Shown piece by piece: positions 10,705 to 19,554 of a DNA stretch of 64,000 nt. Each line of letters begins with the position of its first letter. The stretch's first letter is position 1. The translations under genes and the position numbers were made by a program. The stretch covers positions 8,023-72,022 of the forward strand of contig PFBH01000014.1 in assembly GCA_002773335.1 (NCBI GenBank), given 5' to 3'. This stretch comes from Candidatus Kaiserbacteria bacterium CG10_big_fil_rev_8_21_14_0_10_45_20. GTDB taxonomy: Bacteria; Patescibacteriota; Minisyncoccia; Phycocordibacterales; Phycocordibacteraceae. Below the pieces are notes generated by a model. That model ran no database searches, was not told the DNA's origin, and saw only the letters and a program-made list of their open reading frames with translations.

Positions 10705-12360
10705 ATGCACAATCTCCACCCCGTAGCGAAAAGTATTTTAGAGGCACGCAGTATTGAAGACGTAGAGGGCTTCATTAACCTCGAGTATGACAAGCGCCCA
10801 GATCCGTTTCTGCTTACCGATATGGATGTTGCTGTGTCGCGCATACTGCAGGCAATACACAGTAATGAAAAAATTTGTGCGTGGACAGACTACGACTGTG
10901 ATGGCATTCCCGCCGGAGCGCTCCTCTCGGATTTTTTTGAAATGATTCATTACCCCCTCCGTTCGTACATACCTGAACGGAGCGAAGGGTACGCACTCAA
11001 CGAGCAAGGTATACAGAAATTAAAAGACGAAGGCGTTTCACTCATTATCACTGCCGACGCCGGCATTACCAGTAATAAAGAAGTGGCGTTTGCGCAGTCA
11101 TTAGGAATTGACGTCATTGTGACTGATCACCACCTCCCGAGCGAGACGCTCCCGCCGGCAGTCGCGATCATTAACCCGCATCGTGCAGACGACACGTACC
11201 CATTCAAAGACCTCTGTGGAACAGGGGTTGCCTTTAAGCTCGTTGAAGCACTCCTCTCAAAAGGAAGCTTTGACGTTGTTGCCGGAAACGAGAAGTGGTT
11301 GCTCGATTTGGTTGCACTCGCAACGGTTGCCGATATGGTCTCTCTGACAGGCGAAAATAGAACACTCGTTTCTTACGGGTTGCTCGTTGCAAGAAAAGGA
11401 AGAAGAAAGGGAATGCGGGTACTGTTAGAAAAAATGCGCGTTCCATACCGTACTATCACTGAAGATGATTTTGCTTTTTCCATTGCTCCTAAAATAAACG
11501 CGTCATCAAGAATGGAGAGTCCGCTCTTGGGTCTTGAACTGTTAACCACGACGAGCACTGAACGCGCAAATGAGTTGGCAAAACATTTAGTTAATTTAAA
11601 TAATGCTCGAAAGCTTGAGGGTGCGAGAGTTTCAAAAGAAGTAAAGAAAAGGTTAGACGGGTCTCAGTTATCACGGGTCATTGTTATGGGTCGGTCTTCT
11701 TGGAACCCCGCGCTCCTTGGTATTGCAGCGACGGGTATTGTTGAGATGTACGAGCGACCTGTGTGCCTGTGGGGTAAGGACGGAAGTTTAATAAAGGGGT
11801 CGTGTCGTTCCGATGGAACGGTAAACATTGTTTCGTTAATGAAAGAGGCAGAAGATTTGTTTGAAGATTTTGGTGGGCACGAGCTGTCCGGTGGATTTTC
11901 TTTAAAAGAAGGGGCGATACACCAACTGCCGGAGGCACTGGAGAAAGCGTACGCGTCGGTAACATCAGGAGAAAAAAAAGATGAACCAATGCAGATTGAC
12001 GGAACGTTAACGCTCTCTGAAGTGGGAAAGTCTTTGTACACATCTCTGCGACATCTCGCTCCCTTTGGTGTGGAAAACCCAAAACCTATCTTTCAATTTT
12101 CTAACGTACGAGTAGAGAGGGTGCTCTATTTTGGAAAACATAAAGAACATACGCGCGTTACCATTAGTGACGATACCGGCAGGGCAATTGACGCAATTGT
12201 GTTTTTTAGCGACAGGTCGTCTTTTAAAAACGAGCTCGCGTTGCTGTCAAAAGGGGACAGGGTAAGCGTCTGTGCGTGCGTGGAAGAGTCTTCGTTTGGC
12301 AACAAAACCGAGCTCCGTTTGCGAATTGAAAATATAGAAATTAAAACTACGGTACAATAA
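10705..12360 (+). CDS. recJ: Single-stranded-DNA-specific exonuclease RecJ (DHH/DHHA1)
   Basis: DHH motifs DYDCDGI, ITADAGI and VTDHH, plus a DHHA1 region (GGHELSGGFS). Confidence 0.8.
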   Translation: MHNLHPVAKSILEARSIEDVEGFINLEYDKRPDPFLLTDMDVAVSRILQAIHSNEKICAWTDYDCDGIPAGALLSDFFEMIHYPLRSYIPERSEGYALNEQGIQKLKDEGVSLIITADAGITSNKEVAFAQSLGIDVIVTDHHLPSETLPPAVAIINPHRADDTYPFKDLCGTGVAFKLVEALLSKGSFDVVAGNEKWLLDLVALATVADMVSLTGENRTLVSYGLLVARKGRRKGMRVLLEKMRVPYRTITEDDFAFSIAPKINASSRMESPLLGLELLTTTSTERANELAKHLVNLNNARKLEGARVSKEVKKRLDGSQLSRVIVMGRSSWNPALLGIAATGIVEMYERPVCLWGKDGSLIKGSCRSDGTVNIVSLMKEAEDLFEDFGGHELSGGFSLKEGAIHQLPEALEKAYASVTSGEKKDEPMQIDGTLTLSEVGKSLYTSLRHLAPFGVENPKPIFQFSNVRVERVLYFGKHKEHTRVTISDDTGRAIDAIVFFSDRSSFKNELALLSKGDRVSVCACVEESSFGNKTELRLRIENIEIKTTVQ

Positions 12361-12365
12361 CCGCA

Positions 12366-12779
12366 ATGACAATTCGTGTTTTTACTGATGGAGGTGCGCG
12401 AGGCAACCCCGGACCTGCCGGCGCAGGAGCAATTATTTACAACAATGACACAGTGGTGGGGACTGTATCTGAGTATTTAGGACGACAAACAAACAATGTC
12501 GCCGAATACGAAGCGCTTATTTTGGCGCTTACAAAGGCACGAGAGCTACACAAGAATATTTCAGACGAAGAGGTACATGTTTTTATGGACTCTGAACTTA
12601 TTGTGAAGCAGATGAAAAAAGAGTACAAAGTGAAAGACGCAAAACTAAAACAGCAGTATGCGAAGGTAGAGAGCATTATTGCCGAATCGTTTCCTTCTAT
12701 TTCGTTTATGCATATACGGCGAGAGCAAAACGTTGAGGCCGATGCACTGGCAAACGACGCGATGGATAGGGGGGTGTAA
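12366..12779 (+). CDS. RNase HI-like protein (RNase H fold, RVT_3-type)
   Basis: DEDD catalytic residues lie in TDGGARGNPG, AEYEAL, MDSELI and EADALAN. Confidence 0.65.
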   Translation: MTIRVFTDGGARGNPGPAGAGAIIYNNDTVVGTVSEYLGRQTNNVAEYEALILALTKARELHKNISDEEVHVFMDSELIVKQMKKEYKVKDAKLKQQYAKVESIIAESFPSISFMHIRREQNVEADALANDAMDRGV

Positions 12780-12794
12780 CGTAATGTAAAGACA

Positions 12795-14174
12795 GTGAAG
12801 GAGAAACATTTCTTTGAGCAACTATTTGGAAAAGAAAATGTTCTTATAACGATTTGCATTGCAATTATTGCCGGAGTCGGCGTCTGGTCGTTGTTTATTG
12901 AAACGCCGTCACTCCCTTCGTTTGAAAGGTATGAAGGTTCGCGGGTGATTATAGGGGGAGTGGTTTCTCGGGACCCCGAACACAAAGAGCACTCTTTGCG
13001 TTTAGTGGTTACCGTGCACGAACTTAATAGCGAAACACTTCAAAACGAGAAAACAAACGTTACTGTATCAACAGATAGGTTTTTAGATATACACTACGGA
13101 GACAGGGTTCGTGTGACAGGTGTGTTGCGTTCTCCTGAAGCGTTTGAAACAGAATCAGGAAGAACGTTTAATTACCCACGCTACTTGCTGGCGCACCGTA
13201 TTACACATTCAATTTCTTTTGCCGAGACAGAAGTGTTCGAGTCCGGCAAAGGAAATGTTTTTGTCGCGTCACTGCTTTCGGTAAAGCACACATTGCTGAG
13301 AGGGATGCAAAAAGCGCTTCCTGAACCGGAAGGAGCGCTCCTTGCAGGGCTATTGTTAGGAGAAAAGCAGTCTCTCGGAGACACCATTACTGATGCGTTT
13401 AGAAACTCGGGGGTCGTACACATTATTGTTCTTTCGGGGTATAACGTCGCACTGGTAATTAACTCTGTTTTGTTTGTCGCAGTACGAATATTTCCGCGCC
13501 TTGTTGCGTACAGCTTTGCCGGAGTTTTTGTTTTGGGGTTTGCGGTAATGACAGGAGGGTCAGAAACTACCGTACGAGCAACCATTATGGCAATACTGAT
13601 GATGATAGCGACAGTACTGCACCGCCCCTCTGTTGCACTGCGCGCCTTAGCTGTAGCAGGAGCAAGTATGGCAGTGTGGAACCCCCTGCTTGTTTTGTAC
13701 GACCTCTCGTATCAGCTTTCAATGGTGGCAACGCTAGGTCTCATTATATTTTCACCATACATTCAATCTAAAATTCGGTTTGTGCCGGCATCGTTTGGGT
13801 TGAGAGAGATTGTTGCAACGACGCTCGCGACACAAATTACAGTACTCCCGATTCTTATCCTTTCAATAGGGGTGGTGTCGCTAGTTTTTTTGCCGGCCAA
13901 TGTTCTAGTTTTGCCACTGGTTCCCATAGCTATGTTTGTGGGGTTTGTTGCCTCGGTTGTGGCGTTAGCCTCTCCGCTCGTCGCCCTCCCTTTTTCAGCT
14001 TTGGCGTACGTGCTCCTCAAGGGCATTATCGCAACAGCATTATTTTTTGGATCTCTACCACTCTCAACTCTTGTTATTCCTCCGCAGTGGTTATGGGTAT
14101 CACTTGCCGTTCTGGTGGTTGCATACGTTTTTGTGTGGTGGTACGTAAGACGGTTTCTTACGAGCGGTGTTTAG
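12795..14174 (+). CDS. comEC: ComEC/Rec2-family DNA internalisation channel (OB/DUF4131 plus competence TM domain, no MBL domain)
   Basis: LLAGLLLGEKQSLGDTITDAFRNSGVVHIIVLSGYNV is the ComEC competence-domain signature. Multiple transmembrane helices follow. Confidence 0.7.
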   Translation: MKEKHFFEQLFGKENVLITICIAIIAGVGVWSLFIETPSLPSFERYEGSRVIIGGVVSRDPEHKEHSLRLVVTVHELNSETLQNEKTNVTVSTDRFLDIHYGDRVRVTGVLRSPEAFETESGRTFNYPRYLLAHRITHSISFAETEVFESGKGNVFVASLLSVKHTLLRGMQKALPEPEGALLAGLLLGEKQSLGDTITDAFRNSGVVHIIVLSGYNVALVINSVLFVAVRIFPRLVAYSFAGVFVLGFAVMTGGSETTVRATIMAILMMIATVLHRPSVALRALAVAGASMAVWNPLLVLYDLSYQLSMVATLGLIIFSPYIQSKIRFVPASFGLREIVATTLATQITVLPILILSIGVVSLVFLPANVLVLPLVPIAMFVGFVASVVALASPLVALPFSALAYVLLKGIIATALFFGSLPLSTLVIPPQWLWVSLAVLVVAYVFVWWYVRRFLTSGV

Positions 14175-14749
14175 GAAACGCGGTTTTCTATCACAGACCA
14201 ATTGAGGTTATTAAAAAAAGCTTCGACGTACTCGTTTTTCTTTGCGGGGCGATAGTCAACCATAAACGCATGCTCCCACATATCGAGCGCCAAAATTACT
14301 TTTGCTCCACCCAACTGCCCAAGCTCGTGATCTGAGACCCACACTGTTTGGAGCGAATCTGCTGTTTCGTCTAAAGAGACTACTACCCACCCAATACCCC
14401 GGCTTCCGGCAACCTCTTTTATATGCGCTATAAAGTTGTCCCACGAACCGTACTTTTTTTCTGCGTGCTTTTGTAAAAGTGAGTCTGCTGTCGGGTTTTG
14501 TGGACCCCCTTCAAATTGCGTAAAGTAGTATTCGTGCATTCGGGCTCCGTTCCACTCGAAAGAAAACCTCCGTCGAAGTTCGTTAATGACGTACTGGTTT
14601 GCTCCCTGCTCTTTTAATTTTTCTAATTCTTCGGATATAACATTCATATGTTTTACGTATCCTTCGTACAGAGCAAGGTGCACGGATACCTGCTCTTCTG
14701 ATAATCCTTCCAGTGTCGGAAGGGTAAATGTTTTTGCTGTATATGTCAT
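14171..14749 (-). CDS. Fe/Mn superoxide dismutase family protein (divergent)
   Basis: C-terminal LDMWEHAFMVDY...FNNLNW corresponds to the DxWEHAYY metal-binding motif. The N-terminal HxxxH region is degenerate. Confidence 0.55.
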   Translation of the reverse strand: MTYTAKTFTLPTLEGLSEEQVSVHLALYEGYVKHMNVISEELEKLKEQGANQYVINELRRRFSFEWNGARMHEYYFTQFEGGPQNPTADSLLQKHAEKKYGSWDNFIAHIKEVAGSRGIGWVVVSLDETADSLQTVWVSDHELGQLGGAKVILALDMWEHAFMVDYRPAKKNEYVEAFFNNLNWSVIENRVS

Positions 14750-14787
14750 TTCACTATAGTACCAAATGATGTGCGAAAATACTCTCA

Positions 14788-15615
14788 GTGATTCGGTTAG
14801 CCATACTCGGAGCCTTTCTTGTAAGCACCGCTATTGCCGGGGTGTTTGCGTTTCCTACAAGCCACCTTTCGGTGTCGTTTTTAGATGTCGGGCAGGGTGA
14901 TGCCATACTTATTCAAGGCCCAACGGGGGTGCAGGTATTAGTTGACGGAGGGGTGAATCAAGCGGTTTTGCGTCAGCTTGGTAGAGAATTACCGTTCTAC
15001 GATAGAAGTATTGATGCGGTTATTGCCACACACTCTGACCAAGATCACATTGGGGGACTGCGAGACGTCGTTGAAAGGTACTCGGTAGAGTATTTTTTTG
15101 AATCGGGGGCACAGAGCAACACATCTGCAGAAAGGGTGCTTCATACTGCTTTGGAAAAGAAAGGCGTTTCTCGTACTCTGGCTCGAAAGGGGATGCGAAT
15201 GCTTCTTGGCGGTGGTGCGTACATTGATATTCTGTTTCCTGACAGAGATGTGTCTGGATTAGAAACAAACACCGCCTCAATCGTTGCTCGGGTTGTATAT
15301 GGAGATGCAGAGTTTTTACTTACCGGAGACTCTCCGCAAAGTATTGAAAGGTTTTTAGTTGCCAGTGTTGGCGACACCCTAGAGAGTGATGTATTAAAGG
15401 CGGGGCACCATGGCTCTAAAACGTCGTCTTCTTTAGAATTTGTCCGTACGGTACGCCCTCAGTATGTGGTTATTTCTGCGGGAAAAGATAATTCGTACGG
15501 ACACCCCCACCAAGAGGTTATAGATACCATACGTTCTGTTGGCGCAACTATACTGGGGACGCACACACATGGAACCGTCAAATTTTTTTCTGATGGACGT
15601 CGTGTGTGGCGTTGA
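14788..15615 (+). CDS. Secreted or anchored MBL-fold metallo-hydrolase, ComEC C-terminal (beta-lactamase-like) domain type
   Basis: Signal/anchor MIRLAILGAFLVSTAIAG. FLDVGQGDAILIQ, ATHSDQDHIGG and AGHHGS are the ComEC-type MBL motifs. Confidence 0.65.
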   Translation: MIRLAILGAFLVSTAIAGVFAFPTSHLSVSFLDVGQGDAILIQGPTGVQVLVDGGVNQAVLRQLGRELPFYDRSIDAVIATHSDQDHIGGLRDVVERYSVEYFFESGAQSNTSAERVLHTALEKKGVSRTLARKGMRMLLGGGAYIDILFPDRDVSGLETNTASIVARVVYGDAEFLLTGDSPQSIERFLVASVGDTLESDVLKAGHHGSKTSSSLEFVRTVRPQYVVISAGKDNSYGHPHQEVIDTIRSVGATILGTHTHGTVKFFSDGRRVWR

Positions 15616-15830
15616 TAGACTGTGCGTATGTTTGGAATAAAAAAAGAAAGACCGTACGATGGAAAAATTAATTTTTGCTTTGTTCATCGTGAAGGGGGTC
15701 CTAAAGGTACACTTACCGCTACATGGTGGGACACCAGAGACTTAACGCGTAAGTGGGGTGGAAAAATAAGGACGACATCATCGCGTTCGGCTTATTTTAA
15801 TAATTAAACATCCCTCCATACTGAGGGATG

Positions 15831-16073
15831 TTACACAACACCTGCTTTTTTGAGTGTTTTGTACGCTCCGCGCTTTGCAATTGTCTTCATTGCTTTTGTA
15901 GAAACAGTAACGGTAACGTGCTTATCAAGTTCGGGGACGTACACCTTCTTTTTGTGGAGGTTTGCTTTCTTGCGAGAAGTACCACACGGATTAAACTGTG
16001 TCGCACGAGTACGGTTTGAGTACTTTCCTCCCATTTGAGAGGTCTTGCCTGTTACTGCGCATTGCTTTGCCAT
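15831..16073 (-). CDS. rpmB: 50S ribosomal protein L28
   Basis: MAKQCAVTGKTSQMGGKYS...VTVSTKAMKTI follows the L28 pattern. Confidence 0.75.
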   Translation of the reverse strand: MAKQCAVTGKTSQMGGKYSNRTRATQFNPCGTSRKKANLHKKKVYVPELDKHVTVTVSTKAMKTIAKRGAYKTLKKAGVV

Positions 16074-16148
16074 AGTGAACGTGAGTATAAATGATATTGC
16101 TTAAAGTATCAAGCCCAACAAAAAGACTTATTGGTATGTGAGTAGGTG

Positions 16149-16874
16149 TTATTTTGATTTTTCCAAATACAGGGTAATGGTTCGGCGCTTCCAAGCAGAG
16201 CCGTCTTTTTTAGTATGTTTGTGCGATTTTTCAACTTTATGTACGGCAAAGTGTGTTTCAAAAAAAGATACAGCCCCCTCTTCTGTCCATACATACTCTG
16301 GAATGCCGATTTCAGGGTGAATGTACATACCTTTTTCAGGTCCCGGATGCTCTTGGAGTAGGCGATGTGCGTTTTGGTCTTCTTCAAGGAGAAACGATTT
16401 AAAGAAGAGCCACCCGCCCGGCTTGAGTACCCGATACACCTCTTCTTTTAATTGTTCGCGCTCTGCCTTACGAAGGACGTGTGATGACATCATATCCAGC
16501 GCTATGGTTATTGAAGAGTCCGGAAGGGGGATGGTTTCGGCGAGTGAGTGTACAAAAAACTCTACGGGCAAATCACCCGAAGCCTTTTGCGCCTCTTGTA
16601 TGGCAACCTCTGAAGTGTCGTACCCAACCCCACGCATACCAAAGTCGGAGGCAAGAAACAGGAGGTTTCTTCCGTTACCACACCCAAGATCAACCGCCTT
16701 TGTGGTCACGTTCAGGTGAACCTTTCCATGGTGGCGCATTAAAAATCGAGTGAACTTTTTTAAATCTTCAGAAGGTTCTGTTGAAAGTGCAAGGTGAGCG
16801 TCTTGACCGCCAATGCCACCCCTTCTTTTAGCGTACTCTTTGTTCCAAAAGTCTTTGTGTTTCTTTTTTGCCAT
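16149..16874 (-). CDS. Class I SAM-dependent methyltransferase
   Basis: Motif I VDLGCGNGRN and a post-I acidic residue (GYDTSE). Confidence 0.6.
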   Translation of the reverse strand: MAKKKHKDFWNKEYAKRRGGIGGQDAHLALSTEPSEDLKKFTRFLMRHHGKVHLNVTTKAVDLGCGNGRNLLFLASDFGMRGVGYDTSEVAIQEAQKASGDLPVEFFVHSLAETIPLPDSSITIALDMMSSHVLRKAEREQLKEEVYRVLKPGGWLFFKSFLLEEDQNAHRLLQEHPGPEKGMYIHPEIGIPEYVWTEEGAVSFFETHFAVHKVEKSHKHTKKDGSAWKRRTITLYLEKSK

Positions 16875-16952
16875 ACTTTTAGCTGTTAGGAGGATTAGGG
16901 TATTAGGATGTTAGCCTTTTGGTCGTGTTTTTAAGCTAACCTCCTAATCATC

Positions 16953-17702
16953 CTAAGGCCTATTTTGCTTGTTATTTGTTTTGGCCCATTCATAAAATAC
17001 GATTGCCGCCGAGACAGAGGCATTGAGTGACTCAACATTTTCAGAAATAGGAACCTTAAGAAGTACGTCGCAGTTCTCTTCGGTCTTTTCTCGTATGCCT
17101 TTTCCTTCGTTGCCAATAACAAATACACTCGGCTCGTCAAACACTTCTTGATCCAGTATTTTTGTTGCTTCCCCGGCAAGTCCGTATGTCCAAAACCCGC
17201 TTGTCTTGAGGCGCTCAAGCGTTCTGTTTACGTTCCCGATCTCTACGAGTGGGATACGAAATGCCATACCTGCTGATGCTTTGATTACCGATCCGGTAAT
17301 GGGTACCTGTCGGTGTTCAGGAATAAGAACTCCGCTTATACCAAACGCTGTCGCAGAGCGAATAATCGCGCCAACATTGTGAGGGTCGTGCAGTTCTCCC
17401 AACAGTACCAACGCGGGCTTTTTTGAAAGATCAAGAGAAGAGAGAAAGTCTTCAAGGGGGGTGACGAGCTTGTTTATCTGTATAAACGCGGCGACTCGCT
17501 GATGCACAGCATCTTTTCCTATATATCGCGTAAGATCTTTCATTGAAAACTGCGTACGCGTTACCTTTTTCTTTTCTACCAAGGCGTACACCTCTGGGTT
17601 GGTGTCAGAGTCAACGAACACACGGTCTATGATGTGAGGTGCGTATCGTAAGGCTTCTTCTACGGGATGTTTTCCGTATATACAAACAATATCGTTTTTC
17701 AT
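16953..17702 (-). CDS. SpoU/TrmH-family RNA 2'-O-methyltransferase (RlmB-like)
   Basis: LHDPHNVGAIIRSA, VIGNEGKGI and ESLNASVSAAI are the SPOUT motifs. Confidence 0.7.
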   Translation of the reverse strand: MKNDIVCIYGKHPVEEALRYAPHIIDRVFVDSDTNPEVYALVEKKKVTRTQFSMKDLTRYIGKDAVHQRVAAFIQINKLVTPLEDFLSSLDLSKKPALVLLGELHDPHNVGAIIRSATAFGISGVLIPEHRQVPITGSVIKASAGMAFRIPLVEIGNVNRTLERLKTSGFWTYGLAGEATKILDQEVFDEPSVFVIGNEGKGIREKTEENCDVLLKVPISENVESLNASVSAAIVFYEWAKTNNKQNRP

Positions 17703-17747
17703 ACCCCTACTCTATACTTTATACTCAATACTGTATACTCTACTAAT

Positions 17748-18386
17748 ATGGAACCTACTATTTTTGTCCCCGTTATCGTTCTCGTTATATTTTCAATTAT
17801 CTTGCACGAAGTGGCACACGGATTTGTAGCACACCTTTTGGGTGACCCTACCGCGCGCCTTGCAGGGCGCCTTACCTTAAACCCAATTCCACACTTAGAC
17901 CCTATCGGATCAATTTTGTTGCCCGGAATCCTCGCGCTTTCACAAACACCGTTTCTTATTGGGTGGGCAAAACCGGTTCCGTATAACCCATACAATTTTA
18001 AAAACCAGCGATGGGGAGAAGCGCTGGTTTCGGCGGCCGGACCCGCCACAAACATTCTTATCGCTGTTGTTATCGCGATGGCAATGCGATTTGGTATGCT
18101 CACCAACCCTGAGCTGTTTCAGATTGGAGCCTTTGTTATTCTTGCAAATATTGTATTGGCAATCATTAACCTTATCCCTATACCGCCACTTGATGGGTCA
18201 AAGATTCTCCGGTCGCTTTTGCCGTATTCTATGAACAGTTTTTTTGTCCGTATAGAGACGCTCACGTACGCACTCGGCCCTTTTGGCCTTATTGCCGCCT
18301 TATTGCTGATTGTGTACGTATTTAACGATATTATCTTTGCTTTTGTGCGCGCGATCTTCTCTCTCCTTACGGGAATGGCACTGTAA
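17748..18386 (+). CDS. Site-2 protease family (peptidase M50) membrane metalloprotease
   Basis: HExxH in ILHEVAHG, LDG in NLIPIPPLDGSKIL, multiple transmembrane segments. The likely start is the internal Met at 17748. Confidence 0.65.
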   Translation: MEPTIFVPVIVLVIFSIILHEVAHGFVAHLLGDPTARLAGRLTLNPIPHLDPIGSILLPGILALSQTPFLIGWAKPVPYNPYNFKNQRWGEALVSAAGPATNILIAVVIAMAMRFGMLTNPELFQIGAFVILANIVLAIINLIPIPPLDGSKILRSLLPYSMNSFFVRIETLTYALGPFGLIAALLLIVYVFNDIIFAFVRAIFSLLTGMAL

Positions 18387-18576
18387 GAACTACAGTACGT
18401 TAGTAGTTAGTATATTGGTATATTGAGCTATGGAATATGATATTTGAGTATTGTTCTCAATACTGTATACAGAATACTAAATACCCTATACTGTTTTACC
18501 CTTCCGCTCGCAACCATTGCGTTTTTGAGAGCTTTTGTATATAGTAAGACCTGCCCTCTGTGGGCGTTTTTAATTC

Positions 18577-18984
18577 ATGGCAACAATCAACCAATTGCGA
18601 AGAAAACCACGCCGTCCCCTTCAAAAGAAGATTAAAACGGTGGCTCTTTCTCGTGGTTTTAATACCATTAAAAACAAACCCACATTTTACCCTTCTCCAT
18701 TTAAGCGAGGCGTGTGCGTTAAGGTGACAACTAAAACACCTCGTAAACCAAACTCGGCTATCCGAAAAATTGCCCGTATTCGTCTTTCAAACCAACAAGA
18801 AGTAACCGCCTACATTCCTGCTGAGGGGCACAACCTTCAAGAGCACTCGGTGGTGGTTATCCGTGGTGGGCGAGTGAAAGACGTTTCGCTCCGCTACCAA
18901 GTGGTTCGCGGGCGACTTGACGCTGCAGGTGTTGAAAAGAGACGCCGTGGACGATCAAAATATGGCGCAAAACGACCTAAATAA
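18577..18984 (+). CDS. rpsL: 30S ribosomal protein S12
   Basis: [15 protein letters not shown] and [20 protein letters not shown]. Confidence 0.9.
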   Translation: MATINQLRRKPRRPLQKKIKTVALSRGFNTIKNKPTFYPSPFKRGVCVKVTTKTPRKPNSAIRKIARIRLSNQQEVTAYIPAEGHNLQEHSVVVIRGGRVKDVSLRYQVVRGRLDAAGVEKRRRGRSKYGAKRPK

Positions 18985-19000
18985 TTTTTAATATCGCATT

Positions 19001-19471
19001 ATGAGACGACCAATTAAAAGCAAGCACGACATTCTCCCTGACGAAAAGTACGATTCAGAGCTTTTGTCGCGATTTATAAATGCCATCATGCTTGATGGTA
19101 AAAAATCTACCGCCCGAACGGTGGTATACGATGCCCTTGATGAAATAAAAAACCGAGATAACACCGCAGATCCAATTGCTGTGTTTGAAATGGCAATACA
19201 AAATATCTCTCCGTCTGTTGAGGTACGCTCTCGACGAGTGGGAGGGGCTAACTACCAAGTGCCTCGCGAAGTTCGTGCCGAGCGCCGTCGCTCTCTCTCG
19301 TTTCGATGGATTATCGCTGCCGCGCGCGGGGCAAAAGGAAAGGCAATGTCTAAAAAACTTGCTGACGAGCTTGTTCTTGCATCTAAAAACGAAGGCTCGG
19401 CAATAAAGAAGAAAGAAGATGTCCACCGTATGGCAGAGTCAAACCGAGCGTTTGCCCACCTTGCGTGGTAG
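19001..19471 (+). CDS. rpsG: 30S ribosomal protein S7
   Basis: Conserved S7 N-terminus and GKKSTAR region. Confidence 0.9.
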   Translation: MRRPIKSKHDILPDEKYDSELLSRFINAIMLDGKKSTARTVVYDALDEIKNRDNTADPIAVFEMAIQNISPSVEVRSRRVGGANYQVPREVRAERRRSLSFRWIIAAARGAKGKAMSKKLADELVLASKNEGSAIKKKEDVHRMAESNRAFAHLAW

Positions 19472-19554
19472 TTACAAAGCAATAGGCAGGTTCACGCTCG
19501 TTGTTTTTTTGTTTTATACTAATCATTAACCACTACTAATTAAGCACTATACCT

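Noticed and set aside
15616-15830. 61 aa ORF (15622-15807) between the MBL gene and rpmB
   Set aside because: Short with unusual composition. The spacer ends in a terminator-like hairpin (ACATCCCTC-CATACTG-AGGGATGT), so it is more likely non-coding.
18455-18475. Palindrome CTGTATACAG upstream of rpsL as a LexA/SOS box
   Set aside because: SOS boxes are CTGT-N8-ACAG. This one is CTGT-N2-ACAG. No lexA is seen, and the motif recurs in non-palindromic form elsewhere.
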